From Escherichia coli (GTDB taxonomy: Bacteria > Pseudomonadota > Gammaproteobacteria > Enterobacterales > Enterobacteriaceae), in the NCBI RefSeq assembly GCF_017348835.2, contig NZ_CP071375.1: a stretch of DNA of 64,000 bases. One strand, written 5' to 3'. Of this stretch, positions 60,491 through 64,000 are shown one piece after another. Position numbers and translations under genes: made by a program. The notes beneath the pieces are model-generated. The model searched no databases. It saw only the letters and a program-made list of their open reading frames with translations, and was not told the origin of the DNA. The number at the start of each line of letters is the position of its first letter. Position 1 is the stretch's first letter.

Positions 60491-60519
60491 TTGACGGCAA
60501 AATTTTGCTGGCGTAACAT
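60491..60519 (+). promoter_or_regulatory. Candidate corA promoter
   Basis: TTGACG at 60491-60496 and TAACAT at 60514-60519 with a 17 nt spacer. This predicts a leader of roughly 230 nt. Confidence 0.55.
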
Positions 60520-60551
60520 GCGCGCACGATCACTCTAAGAGGACATTCGCC

Positions 60552-60608
60552 TTGGACACACCCAGTAGATACTGGCTCACTATCCTGTCATCCAGGATCA
60601 ACTCCTAA
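60552..60608 (+). CDS. Candidate corA leader uORF (corL-like), 18 codons
   Basis: A TTG start 8 nt after AAGAGGA encodes (M)DTPSRYWLTILSSRINS. Its stop TAA (60606-60608) lies inside the left arm of the hairpin CTAAGGCTAT/ATAGCCTTAG (60605-60636). Confidence 0.4.
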   Translation: MDTPSRYWLTILSSRINS

Positions 60609-60758
60609 GGCTATCCCTTTTTGCTGATAGCCTTAGCGGTTGTCAGCGACCTCAATTTTCCCGTCGCGCTGAGTCAGGCTGTTTAATGGTCTGAAACCCA
60701 ATTTGTTTCTGTGTGCCCACCGAACTGTCCGATATTTTAAGCATTGGGAGTCCCGGTC

Positions 60759-61709
60759 ATGCTGAGCGCATTTCAACTGGAAAATAACCGACTGACCCGG
60801 CTGGAAGTCGAAGAGTCACAACCCCTTGTAAATGCAGTATGGATTGATCTTGTCGAACCGGACGACGACGAGCGACTGCGCGTACAATCTGAACTTGGCC
60901 AGAGCCTGGCAACCCGCCCGGAACTGGAAGACATCGAAGCATCGGCACGTTTCTTTGAAGACGACGACGGCCTGCATATTCACTCCTTCTTCTTCTTTGA
61001 AGATGCGGAAGATCACGCCGGTAACTCCACTGTGGCATTTACCATCCGTGATGGTCGTCTGTTTACTCTGCGTGAGCGTGAACTGCCCGCTTTTCGTCTG
61101 TATCGTATGCGTGCCCGTAGCCAGTCGATGGTAGACGGTAACGCCTACGAGTTGCTGCTGGATCTGTTCGAAACCAAAATCGAACAGTTGGCAGATGAAA
61201 TTGAAAATATCTATAGCGACCTGGAGCAGTTGAGCCGGGTGATTATGGAAGGGCATCAGGGCGATGAGTACGACGAGGCGCTCTCCACTCTGGCGGAACT
61301 GGAAGATATCGGCTGGAAAGTTCGCCTGTGTCTGATGGATACCCAGCGTGCGCTCAACTTCCTGGTGCGTAAGGCGCGTTTACCGGGCGGGCAACTGGAG
61401 CAGGCGCGTGAAATCCTGCGAGATATCGAATCCCTGCTGCCGCATAACGAATCCCTGTTCCAGAAGGTGAACTTCCTGATGCAGGCGGCAATGGGTTTTA
61501 TCAACATCGAGCAGAACCGCATCATCAAAATTTTCTCGGTGGTATCCGTCGTGTTCCTGCCGCCAACGCTGGTTGCTTCCAGCTACGGGATGAACTTTGA
61601 GTTTATGCCAGAACTGAAGTGGAGTTTCGGCTACCCAGGCGCGATTATCTTTATGATCCTCGCGGGCCTGGCACCGTATCTGTACTTTAAGCGGAAGAAC
61701 TGGTTGTAA
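60759..61709 (+). CDS. corA: Mg2+/Co2+ channel CorA
   Basis: The internal start [19 protein letters not shown] gives 316 aa. [10 protein letters not shown] (GMN) signature and two C-terminal TM helices. Confidence 0.96.
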   Translation: MLSAFQLENNRLTRLEVEESQPLVNAVWIDLVEPDDDERLRVQSELGQSLATRPELEDIEASARFFEDDDGLHIHSFFFFEDAEDHAGNSTVAFTIRDGRLFTLRERELPAFRLYRMRARSQSMVDGNAYELLLDLFETKIEQLADEIENIYSDLEQLSRVIMEGHQGDEYDEALSTLAELEDIGWKVRLCLMDTQRALNFLVRKARLPGGQLEQAREILRDIESLLPHNESLFQKVNFLMQAAMGFINIEQNRIIKIFSVVSVVFLPPTLVASSYGMNFEFMPELKWSFGYPGAIIFMILAGLAPYLYFKRKNWL

Positions 61710-61720
61710 AAAACGAGAGC

Positions 61721-61745
61721 GGTGGCTTAGTCTGGCTAAGCCACC
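61721..61745. terminator. Hairpin between the convergent corA and yigF
   Basis: GGTGGCTTAG-TCTGG-CTAAGCCACC, a perfect 10 bp stem. Confidence 0.6.
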
Positions 61746-61751
61746 TGTTAT

Positions 61752-62132
61752 TCAAAGGCTCCAGGTATTTAACCCTTTTACCTCTTTCTCATAGAACCAT
61801 TTGTTCGTGTTAACAGCAACATAGGCTGCTACGGCAATTCCCAGAATGTTAACGCCAATTAATGCACCAACAAATAGAGATAGAATGCCAAGTAATAGAA
61901 CTATAATTGCTTTTTTCCATAAGCCCAGAACAAATAAATAGATCCAGGAACAGAAGAAAGCAATGAAATTCATTTGAATAGTTAATCGTTGTCTTACTTT
62001 TAATGCTTTAAATGCTGCTTTATATTCTGGTGTTGCTCCCCAGAATCCAGGAAAGCCATGTTGATCATAAAAATTAAATCGGTATTTCTATTTTTCACTT
62101 AATGAACCATCGTTCATATATTCCTTACTCAT
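61752..62132 (-). pseudogene. yigF: yigF (DUF2628 small membrane protein) interrupted by an in-frame amber codon at codon 15
   Basis: The 127-codon frame reads MSKEYMNDGSLSEK*KYRFNFYDQHGFPGFWGATPEYKAAFKALKVRQRLTIQMNFIAFF... The TAG is at 62088-62090 (minus strand). Only the distal 73 codons are open in the ORF track. Confidence 0.7.
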
Positions 62133-62145
62133 AAATACTCCATAA

Positions 62146-62526
62146 CTATTGTTTTGATGAATCAGTAGGTGCAAGCATTAGCATACTGAAAGTGGAAAAA
62201 TAACAAATCAAAAAAATCATCGAACCATTGCCTGAACAGGCAAAATCTTCGGCTATCATTGTGATGATAGAGATGATATATACTGCTAATGTACCAAAAA
62301 CATAAGTTTTTATATAGATGAAACCACTATCACGGAGTCGCTGGCAATTCATGTTGATGACGAGATAATGGAGTACGATGGTAGAGACTATAACAAGAAA
62401 ACCTGCTTCCCCATCGTTAAAAAAGATAATAAGAAAGGCAAAAATGAAATTTATTAAAATAAATGAAAATATATATCGGCGTCTGGAAATCTTACCGTTA
62501 GATGTTGGGATAAACATACGTAACAT
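62146..62526 (-). CDS. yigG: DUF805-like inner membrane protein YigG
   Basis: The internal start [22 protein letters not shown] gives 126 aa. R-R-R-Y and QRLRDSG motifs typical of DUF805. Very AT-rich coding sequence. Confidence 0.8.
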   Translation of the reverse strand: MLRMFIPTSNGKISRRRYIFSFILINFIFAFLIIFFNDGEAGFLVIVSTIVLHYLVINMNCQRLRDSGFIYIKTYVFGTLAVYIISIITMIAEDFACSGNGSMIFLICYFSTFSMLMLAPTDSSKQ

Positions 62527-62620
62527 AAATTTTACATCCTTGTGTGAGTCTCCTGTCAGCATGGCAATATGCCCACTCTCATACAAGAGTCGGCATATTT
62601 TTTCAGAATATATTTATTTT

Positions 62621-63511
62621 TTATTTGGACGTTCTACGCTGCGTATAAATCGCATCCATCACAAAAATTGCCAGCGCCACCCAAATAAAGGCGAAAGTCA
62701 CCATCTTATCGGCACCCGGTTTTTCACCATAAAACGTCACAGCCAGCAGGAACATCAGCGTCGGGCCAATGTACTGGAAAAAGCCTAACGTTGAGAGACG
62801 AAGGCGCGTGGCAGCGGCGGTAAAACACAACAGCGGTACGGTAGTGACAATACCGGCGGCAACCAGCAGTAAATTCAGCGACATCGGGTTTTGCCCCATA
62901 TGGCTGGTCGAGCTGTCGGCAATAGCAAACAGGTAAATCGCCGCCACAGGCAGCAGCCACATAGTTTCGATTAACATGCCGGTTTGCGCTTCAACGGCAA
63001 TCTTCTTGCGTACCAGACCGTAGAAGGCAAAACTAAATGCCAGCCCCAGCGCGATGATCGGCAGTGAACCAAAAGTCCACAGCTGAACCAACACGCCACA
63101 TATCGCCAGAATCACCGCCAGCCATTGCATCCGGCGGAATCGCTCGCCGAGGAAAATCATCCCCAGCACAATGTTCACCAGCGGGTTAATAAAGTAACCA
63201 AGGCTTGCTTCCAGCATATGGTGATTGTTCACCGCCCAGATAAACAGTAGCCAGTTGCCACCAATCAGCACGGCAGAGACTGCCAGCATAAAAATTTTTT
63301 GTGGCGTCTGAATCAGCGTTTTTAAATAGGACCACTGGCGGCAAATGCTCATCAGCACCACCATAAAGAAAAACGACCAGATCACGCGATGCGTCAGGAT
63401 CTCATCGGCGGGCACGTAGTAAATCAGCTTGAAGTACGCTGGCGCAATACCCCAAATAAAATAAGCGGCAAGAGCGAGTAATACGCCCTGCCGCGTTTGT
63501 TTTGCATCCAT
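62621..63511 (-). CDS. rarD: EamA/DMT-family transporter RarD
   Basis: 296 aa with about 10 TM helices. MDAKQTRQGVLLALAAYFIWGIAPAYFKLI... Confidence 0.93.
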   Translation of the reverse strand: MDAKQTRQGVLLALAAYFIWGIAPAYFKLIYYVPADEILTHRVIWSFFFMVVLMSICRQWSYLKTLIQTPQKIFMLAVSAVLIGGNWLLFIWAVNNHHMLEASLGYFINPLVNIVLGMIFLGERFRRMQWLAVILAICGVLVQLWTFGSLPIIALGLAFSFAFYGLVRKKIAVEAQTGMLIETMWLLPVAAIYLFAIADSSTSHMGQNPMSLNLLLVAAGIVTTVPLLCFTAAATRLRLSTLGFFQYIGPTLMFLLAVTFYGEKPGADKMVTFAFIWVALAIFVMDAIYTQRRTSK

Positions 63512-63562
63512 CGGGAATACTCATTTTTAATTGGTAACAGCAGTTTACCTGCTTTTATGTCT

Positions 63563-64000
63563 TCAACCTACCATATAGGTGGCGGTGGCACTGGCAATAT
63601 AAAGCTGTTCTTCATTGTGTAATTCAACGCGGGCGACGGCGACTTTATTGCCTGCACGCAACAGGCTACTGGTAGCAGTAAAACGCTCGCCCCTGCCTGG
63701 GCGCAGATAATCAACGCGAAGATCAATGGTCCCCATCCGCGATAGCCGCTGGCGTAGTTCATCTTCACTGATGGTTTCGTGGCGGGTTAAGGTACTTCCT
63801 ACGCACACCAGACCGGCGGCGACATCCAGCGCCGACGCAATGACCCCGCCGTGCAAAATGCTTTGCGCCCAGTTGCCCACCATCATTGGCTGATTTTTAA
63901 AGGCCAGCTGTGCGAACTCTTTTTCGTAACGCTCCAGTTCCATCCCCAATGCGCGGTTAAATGGCATGTGATAAACAAACATCTCACCCACTAATTTCAG
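63563..64000 (-). CDS. yigI: PaaI/hotdog-fold thioesterase YigI (5' end beyond the window)
   Basis: The reading frame stays open to the window edge (...[23 protein letters not shown]...). Hotdog thioesterase motif [10 protein letters not shown]. Confidence 0.88.
   Translation of the reverse strand: MKLVGEMFVYHMPFNRALGMELERYEKEFAQLAFKNQPMMVGNWAQSILHGGVIASALDVAAGLVCVGSTLTRHETISEDELRQRLSRMGTIDLRVDYLRPGRGERFTATSSLLRAGNKVAVARVELHNEEQLYIASATATYMVG

Overview
This window reads as a contiguous piece of Escherichia coli chromosome, the classical rrnC-ilv-rho-wec-hem-cya-uvrD-corA region. Gene order is fully syntenic with what I remember of K-12.

Content, left to right:
- The rrnC-type rRNA operon: P1/P2, boxA, 16S, tRNA-Glu, 23S, 5S, tRNA-Asp, tRNA-Trp.
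- hdfR, maoS/maoP(yifE) and comM.
- The ilvLXGMEDA operon with its attenuator, then ilvY/ilvC.
- ppiC, yifN, rep, gppA, rhlB, trxA and rhoL-rho.
- The complete 12-gene enterobacterial common antigen cluster, wecA to wecG.
- yifK, then the argX-hisR-leuT-proM tRNA operon.
- aslB/aslA and the GlmZ sRNA.
- hemCDXY, cyaA and cyaY.
- lptM-dapF-yigA-xerC-yigB and uvrD.
- An extra gene, then yigE, corA, yigF, yigG, rarD and the 3' part of yigI.

Nearly everything is ordinary, well-known core genome. I found no CRISPR array, IS element, prophage, integron or obvious multi-gene defence island.

Departures from the K-12 picture (comparisons are from memory):
1. A roughly 1 kb insertion between uvrD and yigE. 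It encodes a signal-peptide-bearing DUF62 (SAM hydroxide adenosyltransferase / fluorinase-chlorinase superfamily) protein, in tandem with the exported DUF2233 protein YigE. This is my best candidate for an uncharacterised system.
2. An intact, antitoxin-less PemK/MazF-like yifN.
3. An intact ilvG.
4. An in-frame amber codon in yigF, inside an AT-rich yigF-yigG islet.
5. An expanded (GCAGGT)6 = (Pro-Ala)6 repeat in hemX.

The corA leader also carries a short SD-preceded uORF whose stop codon sits inside a stem-loop.

All coordinates were derived by hand from the sequence and the ORF track. Family assignments rest on recognisable motifs and remembered reference sequences, not on database searches.
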